Notes under the pieces: generated by a model
What the model was told of the DNA's origin: nothing
The model's input: the letters and a program-made list of their open reading frames with translations, nothing else
The model's database searches: none
Made by a program: the position numbers and the translations under genes
Assembly: GCA_038869515.1 (NCBI GenBank)
Contig: JAWCQZ010000001.1
Span: 242,534 to 306,533 of the forward strand
DNA from: Halobacteria archaeon
GTDB lineage: Archaea > Halobacteriota > Syntropharchaeia > JACQPP01
Length of the DNA stretch: 64,000 nucleotides
Reading direction: 5' to 3'
Shown: positions 15,961-24,783 of the stretch, in pieces
How positions within the stretch are numbered: the stretch's first letter is position 1
Layout: the number at the start of each line of letters is the position of its first letter

Positions 15961-16649
15961 CAGCGGCCCCTCCCGCTGGCCAGGAGCGGGTCCTCGACGC
16001 CCGCCTCCTCGAACCCCTTCGCCCGCAAGAGGCAGGAGTCGCAGCGGCCGCAGGGGCGCGCCCCCCCGGCGTAGCAGGACCAAGTGAGATGGAAAGGGAC
16101 GCCGAGGGCGAGCCCCCTCCGCACGATCTGGGCCTTCGTCATCCCGATGACCGGCGTCCAGATTCCGAGCGGCCTCCCCCCGGCGCCGCGCTTCGAGCCG
16201 AGGGCGATGGCCCGGGCCATGGCCCGGTAGTATTCGGGGCGGCAGTCGGGGTAGTGGGAGTAGTCCACCGCGTTCGCCCCCAGGACCAGCCGGTCGGCCG
16301 CCGCGACTTCGGCGCGGGCGGCGGCGAGCACCAGGAAGATGGTGTTCCGGAGGGGGACGTAGGTGCTCGGGATGCGCGGGTCGCGCAGGATCTCCCGCGC
16401 GCTCCGGCGGCGCTCCAGGGGGAGGCGGGCGGTGAGCGCGCTCCCGCCGATCTGCCGCAGGTCGACCCTCAGGACCCCGTGGCTCCGCGCCCCGAGGGCC
16501 CGCGCCACCGCCCGGGCCGACCGCAGCTCGCGCCGGTGGCGCTGGCCGTAGTCGAAGGAGAGGGCGTGGAGCTCGCCCCCCCGGGCGCGGGCGATGGCGG
16601 CCGCGACCGCCGAGTCCATGCCGCCCGAGAGGAGGCAGAGGGCCTTCAC
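15960..16649 (-). CDS. queC: 7-cyano-7-deazaguanine synthase QueC
   Basis: PP-loop LLSGGMDSAV plus C-terminal Cys cluster (CYAGGARPCGRCDSC). GTG start at 16649 inferred; the upstream part of the long ORF is Arg/Pro-rich junk. Confidence 0.75.
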   Translation of the reverse strand: MKALCLLSGGMDSAVAAAIARARGGELHALSFDYGQRHRRELRSARAVARALGARSHGVLRVDLRQIGGSALTARLPLERRRSAREILRDPRIPSTYVPLRNTIFLVLAAARAEVAAADRLVLGANAVDYSHYPDCRPEYYRAMARAIALGSKRGAGGRPLGIWTPVIGMTKAQIVRRGLALGVPFHLTWSCYAGGARPCGRCDSCLLRAKGFEEAGVEDPLLASGRGR

Positions 16650-16963
16650 GGCGCGAGCCTTCCTCCCGCCAGCTCCTCGAGCGTCTTCCGGAGGGAGTGG
16701 AGCCCGGCGAGCGCCTCTTTCGGGAGCGCGCAGCCGCACCCGCCGCAGGAGGGGCAGGAGAGCCACCCGCACTTCGCGCAGGTCCGGCCCCGGGAGGCTC
16801 CGAAGGGGGCGGAGCAGGCGAAGCAGTGGAGGCGGGGATCGGAGGCCCAGTCGAGGAATCCCTCGACCAGGCGGGAGAGGGGAATCCGCCGCGCGCGGGA
16901 GGCCCGCTTGGCCCGGGCGAGGGCCTTCGGGTCCACGGTGAGGGTCAACTTGGCCTTGGCCAC
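16646..16963 (-). CDS. ribbon-helix-helix (CopG/Arc-like) domain plus Cys-rich zinc-ribbon protein
   Basis: N-terminal MAKAKLTLTVDPKALARAKRASRARRIPLSRLVEGFL (RHH-like). C-terminal CFACS...CAKCGWLSCPSCGGCGC. Stop overlaps the queC GTG by 4 nt. Confidence 0.55.
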   Translation of the reverse strand: MAKAKLTLTVDPKALARAKRASRARRIPLSRLVEGFLDWASDPRLHCFACSAPFGASRGRTCAKCGWLSCPSCGGCGCALPKEALAGLHSLRKTLEELAGGRLAP

Positions 16964-17062
16964 GGCCGTGGATACGTGTGAATACGTATTTATGTTTGCC
17001 CGGGGCCCGGGCGGGCCGAGGGCGGAGAAGCCTCAAGGCGGCCCGGCGACGCAGGGGTAGGA

Positions 17063-18376
17063 ATGGCCATCGAGTCCTCCTGGGTCCTCCTGCTGGGGGG
17101 CTTCATCCTCGCCTCGGGGTTCGTGGTCCACTCCCTCTTCCGGAGGCTGGGCGCCCCGGACATCCTCTTCCTGCTCTTCCTCGGGCTCCTCCTGGGCCCT
17201 GTCCTGGGGGTCCTCGACCGCGGCCTCCTCCTGGCGGTCTCGCCCCTCGTCTCTGCCATCGCCCTCGTCGTCCTCCTCTTCGAGGGCGGCCTGAGTGTGA
17301 GGTCCACCGACGTCGCGCAGGGGGGGGTCCGGGGCTCCCTCCTGGGCGTCGCCAGCGTCCTCCTCACGGCGGCGGCGATTGCGGCGGCGACCCATCTCCT
17401 CTTCGCCTGGGAGCCGCTGTTCGGGCTGCTCTTCGGGTTTGCCGTGGCGCCCTCGGGGACCGTCGTCCTGATGTCCCTCCTCCGCCACCTGCCCCTTCGC
17501 CGCGACGTCGCCGCGCTCCTCACCTTCGAGAACGCCGTCGACGACGTGATTGGAATCCTGCTGTCCCTGGCCCTCCTCGACTTCTTTCTCCCGGGAGGCG
17601 CCTCCCCGTCCTGGGTCGCGGCGGCGGTCGTGGCCGGGTTCCTCGTCGGCGCCGCCCTGGGTCTGGCGGGGGGCCTCCTCTCCCTCCTCCTCCTTGAGCG
17701 GGTGAGGCGCCAGCCCTACTTCTACATGCTGGTCCTCGCCCTCGCGTTCATCCTCTACAGTGGAGCCGAAATCGCCCAGGGCAGCGGCCCCATGGCCGTC
17801 CTGACCTTCGGGCTCCTGCTTGGCAATCCGAACTCGGTGCTGCGCAGGTTCGGCCGCATGGTGCGGGTCGGGGAGTTCCAGCGGGCCGTCGGCGCCTACC
17901 ACGCCGAAATCACCTTCCTGGTCCGCTCCTTCTTCTTCGTCTACATGGGCGCCCTGGTCTCCGTCTCCCAACCCGGGAACTTCCTCTACGGCGGCCTGCT
18001 CCTCCTCCCCTTCTTCGGGACCCGCTACCTCGCCGTCCTCCTCTGCACGCTCCGGAGCTCCCTGGCGGGCCAGCGGGCGCTCATCACTCTCCTCTCTCCG
18101 AAGGGCCTCTCCACCGCGGCCGTGGTCACCGCGGTTCTGGGGTTCTCGGCCGGGAATCCCGCCGCCCTCCCCCCCGCAGCGGTCGGGAGGATGGTGGACC
18201 TCGCCTTCTCGATTCTGATTCTGTCCATCGTCGTCGCCACGGTCGGGGGGTACCTGCTGACCCGGAGGGGAGTCCCCGTGGCCGAGGAGTCCTCCCCCGA
18301 GGTCGCGGCTGCCGAAGAGGAGACGCGTCGCAAGATGCGGGAGGCTGCGTTCGACTGGTGGCGGTCGGGGAAGTAG
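17063..18376 (+). CDS. nhaP: Na+/H+ antiporter, NhaP/CPA1 type
   Basis: 12-13 TM helices with a CPA1-like FENAVDDVIGILL region and a cytoplasmic tail. Confidence 0.75.
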   Translation: MAIESSWVLLLGGFILASGFVVHSLFRRLGAPDILFLLFLGLLLGPVLGVLDRGLLLAVSPLVSAIALVVLLFEGGLSVRSTDVAQGGVRGSLLGVASVLLTAAAIAAATHLLFAWEPLFGLLFGFAVAPSGTVVLMSLLRHLPLRRDVAALLTFENAVDDVIGILLSLALLDFFLPGGASPSWVAAAVVAGFLVGAALGLAGGLLSLLLLERVRRQPYFYMLVLALAFILYSGAEIAQGSGPMAVLTFGLLLGNPNSVLRRFGRMVRVGEFQRAVGAYHAEITFLVRSFFFVYMGALVSVSQPGNFLYGGLLLLPFFGTRYLAVLLCTLRSSLAGQRALITLLSPKGLSTAAVVTAVLGFSAGNPAALPPAAVGRMVDLAFSILILSIVVATVGGYLLTRRGVPVAEESSPEVAAAEEETRRKMREAAFDWWRSGK

Positions 18377-18439
18377 GCGAAAGTGCTACATCCGGGGAGA
18401 TGCGGGGGAAGGAGTGAGGTCCCGCCCTCCCTCCGACCC

Positions 18440-18524
18440 GCGGGGGTGGCCGAGCCTGGTCAATGGCGCAGGGCTTAGGACCCTGTCTCGCAGGAGTTCG
18501 CAGGTTCAAATCCTGCCCCCCGCA
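18440..18524 (+). tRNA. tRNA-Leu (anticodon UAG), type II with long variable arm, no encoded CCA
   Basis: Hand-folded. Acceptor GCGGGGG/CCCCCGC, anticodon stem CAGGG/CCCTG with loop CTTAGGA (anticodon TAG), T-arm GCAGG-TTCAAAT-CCTGC, 14-nt variable arm, discriminator A. Confidence 0.8.
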
Positions 18525-18595
18525 TCTGTCGCCGGGGGGAGGGGGCTTCGCCCCCTTCCCCTGTCCGCAGGCACGCCCCCGCCCCCGGACCCTCT

Positions 18596-19366
18596 CTACG
18601 AAGCGAGGAATCCTTCAATCGCCTTCGCGTCCTCGTCGGTGTGGTCGGCCATCAGCTCATGGCTCCCCCCCTCAACGGCGACGAACCGCGCCCCCGGAAT
18701 CCGTTCCGCGAGCTTCCGCCCCATCCTCCACGGCAGCAGCCGGTCCCTCGTCCCCGACACCACGAGGGTCGGCGCCCGGATGCGCCCCAACTCCTCCAGG
18801 GCGTTGTGGCGGAGCAGGGCCCCGTAGGCCCCGCGGACGGTCCGCGGGCCGGTGGCAAGGTGCTTGGCGATGGTCTCGGGCGTGGCCTTGTGGTAGGCGA
18901 GCCGGATGTTGACCGCCATCGCCTTGATGGTGAGCCGGAGGAGGAGCCAGTTGATGGCGGTGAGGAGGATCATCTTGGGGCCGTCCACCACCTTTCCGCT
19001 GGTGGCCGAGAGGATGAGCCTCTCCACGCGGTCGGGGAACATCAGGGCGAACCTCTGGGCGACCATGCCCCCCATGGAGTGGCCGCCGAGGATGCACTTG
19101 GGAATCTTCAGCGCGTCGAGGAGGCCCGCCAAGTCCCGCGCCATCTCCTCGATGGCGAACCTCCCGTCGGGCGGCACCCCGCTCCGGCCGTGCCCCCGGT
19201 GCTCCGGCAGGACCACCCGCCGGCTGCGGGCGAGCCGCTGGGCCACCGGGAGCCACTCGGTGGCGTCGGCGGTCCAGCCGTGGAGCAGCACCACGGGGGT
19301 CCCCGGGGCGCCCGGGTTCAACTCGTCGTAGCCGAGCCTCAAGCCGCGGACTTCGACCTCAGCCAT
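18596..19366 (-). CDS. alpha/beta-fold hydrolase
   Basis: VVLLHGWTAD...GGHSMGGMVAQ nucleophile elbow plus C-terminal His. Start set at the internal ATG (MAEVEV). Confidence 0.7.
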   Translation of the reverse strand: MAEVEVRGLRLGYDELNPGAPGTPVVLLHGWTADATEWLPVAQRLARSRRVVLPEHRGHGRSGVPPDGRFAIEEMARDLAGLLDALKIPKCILGGHSMGGMVAQRFALMFPDRVERLILSATSGKVVDGPKMILLTAINWLLLRLTIKAMAVNIRLAYHKATPETIAKHLATGPRTVRGAYGALLRHNALEELGRIRAPTLVVSGTRDRLLPWRMGRKLAERIPGARFVAVEGGSHELMADHTDEDAKAIEGFLAS

Positions 19367-20804
19367 CCCCTCTCCAGGCCCGGACAACCTCTAAAGCCCT
19401 CCGCCACCGGGCCCGCTCCCGGGCGCGCGGGAAGCCCCGCCGGGGTCGGAACCCCCGCTCCGCCCGGACCCGGTTCCGGGCCTCCCCGGCGTCCCACATC
19501 CCCGCCTCCAGCCCCGCCAGGAGCCCGACCCCCAGGGCGGTGGCCTCGGCCTCCGCGCTCCGGAGGACCGGAACTCCCAGAATGTCGGCCTGCATCTGCA
19601 TCCAGAGGGCGTTCCGGGAGCCTCCGCCCCCGGCCCGGAGGGAGCGGAGGGGGACCGCGCGCCCCATCACTTCGGCCCCGTCGGCGACCCGGTGGGCCAC
19701 TCCTTCGAGGACCGCCCGGACGATCTGCCCCCGCGCCGTCGCGCGGCTCAACCCGAGGAGTGCCCCGCGGGCCTCCGGGTCCCAGTGGGGCGCGCCGAGG
19801 CCCGAGAGGGCGGGCACGAAGAGCACCTCGCCGGAGTCGGGGACCTGGCGGGCCACCCGCTCCGACTGGCCGGCGGCCTCGAGGAGCCCGACGTTGTCCC
19901 GCAGCCACCGGAGCGCGTCGCCCGCGGTGAATATGGAGGCCTCGAGGCAGTAGGCGGGCCGGCCGGGCCGCTCCCACGCGACCGAGGCGGCCAGTCCAGG
20001 GACCGGTTTCGGCTTGGGCCCGGTGTTCGCCAGCAGGAACGCCCCGGTCCCGTAGGTGCACTCCGCCTCCCCGGGGCGCCAGCAGCCGTGGCCGAAGAGG
20101 GAGGCCTGCTGGTCCCCGAGGACCGCGGCGACCGGAACCCCCCCGACCTCCCCGAAGGGGCCGGTGCTGGGGCGGACCTCCGGGAGCAGGTCCTCAGGGA
20201 CCCCGAAGAGGTCGAGCAGGCCGTGGTCCCACCGACGAGTCCGGAGGTTGAGCAGGAGCGTCCGGGACCCGTTGCTCGGCTCGGTCGCGTGGAGCCCGGC
20301 AAGCCGGTCGAGGAGCCAGGCGTCCACCGTCCCGAACCGGAGGCGGCCCCTCCGGGCGTCGCGGCGGAGATCCGCGTCGCGCAGGAGAAGGGCGAGTTTG
20401 GTGGCGGAGAAGTAGGGGTCCACAGGGAGGCCGCTCCTCCGCCGGACCCACTCCCGCCTCCGCGACGGCATCGCGGCGCAGAACCCCGCGCTCCTCCGGT
20501 CCTGCCACACCACCGCCCGGGTCCGGGGGCGGCCTCCGGGCTCCCAGAGGAGAAAGGTCTCCCGCTGGTTTGTGAGGCCGAGGGCCCGCACCCTGACCCC
20601 CCGGCGCCGGGCCTCCGCCAGGGCGCGCCGGAGGACCCGCCGGCTCTTCGCCTCGATCTCCCGAGGGTCCTGCTCCGCCCTCCCCGGGGTGGGGGTGCGG
20701 AGCGCCAGTTCGAGGGCGGCCCCGGCCGCCACCTTGCCCCGCGCGTCGAACACCAGCGCCCGGGTGGAGGTGGTGCCCGCGTCGAGGACGGCGACCCCCT
20801 CCAT
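19359..20804 (-). CDS. glpK: glycerol kinase / FGGY-family carbohydrate kinase
   Basis: N-terminal VAVLDAGTTSTRALVFD, FGHGCWRPGEAECTYGTGAF, C-terminal GGGSRNALWMQMQADILGVPV: FGGY signatures. Confidence 0.8.
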   Translation of the reverse strand: MEGVAVLDAGTTSTRALVFDARGKVAAGAALELALRTPTPGRAEQDPREIEAKSRRVLRRALAEARRRGVRVRALGLTNQRETFLLWEPGGRPRTRAVVWQDRRSAGFCAAMPSRRREWVRRRSGLPVDPYFSATKLALLLRDADLRRDARRGRLRFGTVDAWLLDRLAGLHATEPSNGSRTLLLNLRTRRWDHGLLDLFGVPEDLLPEVRPSTGPFGEVGGVPVAAVLGDQQASLFGHGCWRPGEAECTYGTGAFLLANTGPKPKPVPGLAASVAWERPGRPAYCLEASIFTAGDALRWLRDNVGLLEAAGQSERVARQVPDSGEVLFVPALSGLGAPHWDPEARGALLGLSRATARGQIVRAVLEGVAHRVADGAEVMGRAVPLRSLRAGGGGSRNALWMQMQADILGVPVLRSAEAEATALGVGLLAGLEAGMWDAGEARNRVRAERGFRPRRGFPRARERARWRRALEVVRAWRGDG

Positions 20805-21349
20805 CAGCGGATGAGGAGCCGGAGGGCATAGAGGTTCTCGAACTCCCGGTAGCACCCAGGGGCGGAGGCGGTCAGTTTCAGGTGCCCCTCCTCCCGATCC
20901 TCGGCCACGAGGCGGGCCCAGACCGGGAGGGGGTCGATGAGGAGGGTGGCGTTCCCCTGTCCGTCGGTCCGGTTCGCGGCGGCGGTCCCGGGGCCGGCGG
21001 ACCCCGCGCCCGTCAGGACCACCGTGGCGTCGCGGACCCCCTGCCCTTGGGCTGTGACCCGGACCCCGATTTGGGCGGGCCGGCTCCCCCGGAGGAGGTC
21101 GCCGGCTTTCCCGTCCACCGACACCACCTCGGCGGCCAGCGGGGCCGGGACTGCGCAGGAGGGGAGGGCGGAGAGGAGGGCGGCGAGGCCTGCGACGCCG
21201 ACCACGGTGAGGACGGCGAGTTTCAACGGGAGGTCGAGGGCGGCGCCGTCATCCCTGCGGAGGGTGTCGACTCGCGTCGGAGGCATGAGGGGGAGGGGGC
21301 GGGCCTGTCGACGGGGGATGGGGACTCCGTCCCCCCCGGAGACAGTCAC
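20804..21349 (-). CDS. hypothetical membrane-anchored protein (paralog A)
   Basis: Single N-terminal hydrophobic helix (DLPLKLAVLTVVGVAGLAALLSAL), then a beta-rich region (VRDATVVLTGAGSAG...GNATLLIDP) resembling a carboxypeptidase-regulatory/prealbumin-like fold. Confidence 0.5.
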   Translation of the reverse strand: MTVSGGDGVPIPRRQARPLPLMPPTRVDTLRRDDGAALDLPLKLAVLTVVGVAGLAALLSALPSCAVPAPLAAEVVSVDGKAGDLLRGSRPAQIGVRVTAQGQGVRDATVVLTGAGSAGPGTAAANRTDGQGNATLLIDPLPVWARLVAEDREEGHLKLTASAPGCYREFENLYALRLLIR

Positions 21350-21837
21350 GCCACGACGACAGTGACGGTCCGGGTCTCGGGCTTCAGGTATCCAGACGGG
21401 ACCTGGTCGCAGACGACGGAGAGGCTCCCCTCCGTGGCCCCGGCGATGGACATCTTCGAGGCCCCCGGGGACATCCCGTCGAACTCATACTCCCCCGCGG
21501 CGGCTCCGGCCTTCGAGACCAGGACCGTCCCGAACCCCCGGAGGAGGCAGGTGGCGTCGCGCACCGGCTTCCCCTCCTTGTCCGCCAACTGGATTTTCAC
21601 CTTGACCCACGACTCGCGCGCGCTGGAGGGCAGCTTCAGGATGAGGGCCGCCTGGCGCTCGTAGGTCCCCGGAGTCCCGTCGAACTCCGCGTCCACCCCG
21701 GTCACCGTGACGAAGGTCTGGAGGGCGGGCTTCGGGAGCATGAGGAGGAGAGCGGAGAGGGCGGCGAGCCCCACGACGACCATCACCACGATGTTGATGG
21801 GCAACTCCATTCCCGATTCGTCGGCCCTCAGCGCCAT
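21346..21837 (-). CDS. hypothetical membrane-anchored protein (paralog B)
   Basis: Same architecture and conserved N-terminal motif (MELPINIVVMVVVGLAALSALLLML) as 20804..21349. TATA-like 'tctttaaaatg' about 30 bp upstream on the minus strand. Confidence 0.5.
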   Translation of the reverse strand: MALRADESGMELPINIVVMVVVGLAALSALLLMLPKPALQTFVTVTGVDAEFDGTPGTYERQAALILKLPSSARESWVKVKIQLADKEGKPVRDATCLLRGFGTVLVSKAGAAAGEYEFDGMSPGASKMSIAGATEGSLSVVCDQVPSGYLKPETRTVTVVVA

Positions 21838-21987
21838 GGGCGATGGGAGGTCGGAGAGGTCATTTTAAAGATTACTGGGCACGCGCTCCGGGTTCCCCAC
21901 GGCTCCCCGCCCCCTCCGCCGCGGGGCGCGCGGTTCGGGCCCGCGCATCAGAGGCCTTATGCCCTGCCGGACCCAAAGCCGCCCCCC

Positions 21988-23064
21988 ATGGTCCGCATCC
22001 GCCCCGTCGTGGAGGAGATGGAGGGCTACGCCGGGGGCCGCTCCATCGAGGAGGCCGCCCGCGCCCTCGGCCTCGACCCCCGGAACGTGGTGAAACTCAA
22101 CTCCAACGAGAGCCCCCTGGGGCCAAGCCCCCGTGCTCTCCGGGCTCTGAGAGTGTTGAGGGACCTCCAACGCTACCCTCCCCCCCGCCCCCGGGACTTG
22201 GTGGCGGCCATCGCCCGCCGCGAGCGCCTGCCGGAGGGGTGCGTGGCGGTCTGCGGCGGCTCCGACGCCGCCGTGGAGACCCTCCTCCGGCTGGTCGTCG
22301 AGCCCGGGGACCGGACCGTGGCCCCCGTCCCCACCTTCCCCTACTACGCCATCGCCACCCGTCTCGCGAGCGGCGTCCCGGTGGCGGTCCCCCGCGACCG
22401 GAACCTCCGGATCTCGGCCCGCGTCCTCCTCGCCCGCGCGAACCGCCGGACCCGCATCGTCTGGCTCGCCTCCCCGAACAATCCGACCGGGGACACGGTG
22501 GACCGCAAGGACGTCCGCGCCCTCCTCGAAGGGCTCCCCGGCGCCCTCGTGGTGGTGGACGAGGCTTACGGGGAGTTCGCGGGGACGACCGTCGCTCCGT
22601 GGGTCCGGCGCTACGGCAACCTTGTGGTGCTCCGGACCTTCTCGAAGGCCTACGGCCTCGCCGGGTTGCGGCTCGGATATGCGCTCCTCCCGGAGTCCCT
22701 CCGCCCTCTGTTCGACAAGGTCGCGACCCCCTTCCCGGTGAGCGCGCCCGCGGTCGCGGCGGGGCTGGCGGCCCTCGCGGACCGGGCCCACCTCCGGCGC
22801 ACCATAGAAACGGTCCGGCGGGGCCGGGCGCTCCTGCGGAAGAGGGTCCCCTTCACCACCTATCCATCGGAGGCGAACTTCGTCCTGGCGGACCTCTCGC
22901 CTCTCCGGGCCCCCGGGGTCGCGGAGGCCCTCTTCCGGAAGGGGATTCTCGTCCGCGACTGCTCCCGGACGGAGGGGTGCGGGCCCGGCCACCTTCGCAT
23001 CACGGTCGGGACCCCGGAGCAAAACCGGAAGCTGCTGGCGGCATTGAAGGAACTGCGGATTTGA
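21988..23064 (+). CDS. hisC: histidinol-phosphate aminotransferase
   Basis: Class II aminotransferase motifs: NSNESPLGPSP, SPNNPTG, FSKAYGLAGLRLGY (PLP lysine region). Confidence 0.8.
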   Translation: MVRIRPVVEEMEGYAGGRSIEEAARALGLDPRNVVKLNSNESPLGPSPRALRALRVLRDLQRYPPPRPRDLVAAIARRERLPEGCVAVCGGSDAAVETLLRLVVEPGDRTVAPVPTFPYYAIATRLASGVPVAVPRDRNLRISARVLLARANRRTRIVWLASPNNPTGDTVDRKDVRALLEGLPGALVVVDEAYGEFAGTTVAPWVRRYGNLVVLRTFSKAYGLAGLRLGYALLPESLRPLFDKVATPFPVSAPAVAAGLAALADRAHLRRTIETVRRGRALLRKRVPFTTYPSEANFVLADLSPLRAPGVAEALFRKGILVRDCSRTEGCGPGHLRITVGTPEQNRKLLAALKELRI

Positions 23065-23138
23065 CCGCCACGCGTGACGGGGCGCGGGGAGCGCGAGGGG
23101 AGCGGCAACGAGGGCGCAGCCCCCCCTCCCGGCGGCAG

Positions 23139-23654
23139 TCAGCCGTAGGCGGGCCCCAGCGACTCCCGCTCCTGCCGGAGCAGCGAGCGGACCAGTCCGA
23201 GGAGGTCAAACCCCTCTCCACCCTCCTTCTTCGGGGCCTCCGCCTCTCCGCCGCCTCCCGACTCTCCCGCTGCGGGGGCGAAGACGGGGCGAGCCGGGGA
23301 ACTCGCCCGCCGGTGGACGTAGCCCGGGGCGAGGGCGACCGGGAGCCCGCGGCGGTCCGCCTCCCGCACCATCTCCTTGAACCGGAAGAGGTCCACCCAC
23401 TCCCGGACCCCGCGCCCTCTCGACCCGGGACCCCCGTGCTCCGATGTGCCGGCGGGGCGGGTCTCGGGCCTCGCATCCACCCAGGAGACCTCCACCTCCA
23501 CCGCCGCGTAGGCGACGCCCCGGGGGTCGCCGGGCTCCCCGTCGGCGAGCCGCGTCTCGCGGGAGCTCTCCACCCGGAGGCCGTGGCCGGGGTCGGCGCG
23601 GGAGAGGTCCGCCATCTCCCTGGATGGAGGGCGTCCGCCCGGGCAAAACACCAT
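23139..23654 (-). CDS. hypothetical protein
   Basis: ORF with reasonable composition in its C-terminal half (EWVDLFRFKEMVREADRRGLPVALAPGYV). Start uncertain; no family recognised. Confidence 0.3.
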   Translation of the reverse strand: MVFCPGGRPPSREMADLSRADPGHGLRVESSRETRLADGEPGDPRGVAYAAVEVEVSWVDARPETRPAGTSEHGGPGSRGRGVREWVDLFRFKEMVREADRRGLPVALAPGYVHRRASSPARPVFAPAAGESGGGGEAEAPKKEGGEGFDLLGLVRSLLRQERESLGPAYG

Positions 23655-23663
23655 CGCACCGCC

Positions 23664-24476
23664 TCAGCGGATGTAGTCGGGGGAGGGGGGAGCGCCCCCG
23701 GGCCCCTCCGGCTGGGCGCGCTTCAGCAACTGCTCGATCATCTTCCGCTCCATCGCCTGCCGCTCCGCCGCGGCCTTCTCCTGGCTCTTGATGCGCTTCT
23801 CCAGCCCCTTCAGGTCGAGCGAGAGGCCGAGCCACTTCGCGGCCACCTCCAGGACCGCCCGCGCGGCCCTGGGGTCCTCCGTCTGGGGGGTCGAGGACTC
23901 CCCGAGGAGGCAGGCCCCCGCGAGGGAGCGCTGCGCCGCGATGCCGAGGACGAGGCCGTTCAGGCCGGTGATGGAGCCCTCCCTCATGACTTGGACCCCG
24001 ATTTGCTTGAGTTCCCCGAGGGTCTTGGGATCGGTCGCCACCGCCCAGACCCGAGGGTCCTCCACGGGCCGCTCCAGGATGTAGGCCGCGGTGGCGACGA
24101 GCCGCGCCGCCCCCAGGCGCAGGGCCAGGCCGAGGACCGCCTCGGCAATCTCGTAGTGCGCCCGGACAGCCCCGGGGTTGGAGTTCTCCGGCTGGGTGTT
24201 GCCGGTGTAGATGATGAGGTCGGGGTCGCCCTTCCAGTAGTAGAGTTCGTTCTGGGTCGCCTCCACCATGCCGTCGTGGCAGACGATGTAGGGGGGGAAG
24301 GCGGGGGAGAGGAGGCGCAGGAAGGGCCTGGCCCCGAGCTGCTCGACGAGGTATTCGGCCGAGAGTTTCGCCACGTGGCCCATCCCCGGCAGCCCCACCA
24401 GGAGGGTGGGCGCCTTCAACCTGGGTTCGGGGGCGAGGGCCTGGAAAAAGAGGTTGGGTCCCGCCCGCTCCAGCAT
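23664..24476 (-). CDS. PAC2-family proteasome assembly chaperone (PbaA/PbaB-like)
   Basis: N-terminal LLVGLPGMGHVAKLSAEYLVEQLGA motif and overall PAC2 (COG1938) layout with a C-terminal helical tail. Confidence 0.7.
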   Translation of the reverse strand: MLERAGPNLFFQALAPEPRLKAPTLLVGLPGMGHVAKLSAEYLVEQLGARPFLRLLSPAFPPYIVCHDGMVEATQNELYYWKGDPDLIIYTGNTQPENSNPGAVRAHYEIAEAVLGLALRLGAARLVATAAYILERPVEDPRVWAVATDPKTLGELKQIGVQVMREGSITGLNGLVLGIAAQRSLAGACLLGESSTPQTEDPRAARAVLEVAAKWLGLSLDLKGLEKRIKSQEKAAAERQAMERKMIEQLLKRAQPEGPGGAPPSPDYIR

Positions 24477-24554
24477 CCCGGTTCTCTCGGCCGGACGGGG
24501 AAGAAGTTTGCCCGAGCAGGACTCTGGAGATTTCGCCTCGATACCTTCGCCGGA

Positions 24555-24734
24555 CTACGCCTTGCAGGGCTTCCCGCAGTGCTGGGGGAGCGCCTGGCTC
24601 GCACCGCAGCCCATGGCGCACGCCAGCTTCTTGCTGAACAGGCCCTTGATTTTCATGGCCTTGCCGCAGTGCTGGGGCGTGTCCATGGTCGCGTTGCAGC
24701 CGGGGGCGGCGCAGTGGAGTTTTCCGCTGGCCAT
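24555..24734 (-). CDS. small Cys-rich protein (59 aa) with duplicated PQHCGK motif, not in the ORF track
   Basis: Hand translation of the minus strand: MASGKLHCAAPGCNATMDTPQHCGKAMKIKGLFSKKLACAMGCGASQALPQHCGKPCKA. 8 Cys and 3 His. Locally lower GC than the flanks. Confidence 0.45.
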   Translation of the reverse strand: MASGKLHCAAPGCNATMDTPQHCGKAMKIKGLFSKKLACAMGCGASQALPQHCGKPCKA

Positions 24735-24783
24735 GGGGAAGCCTGAGCGGCTCGTTTAAAAGCGTTTCGGGGTCACTCTTCCG

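Noticed and set aside
23139-23654. Checked this hypothetical protein and other unassigned ORFs for JAB/MPN (ExnHxHx7Sx2D) or RING/U-box motifs that would complete the E1/E2 system.
   Set aside because: No HxH...S..D or C3HC4-like spacing found in any ORF in the window; the absence is reported as part of the main finding.
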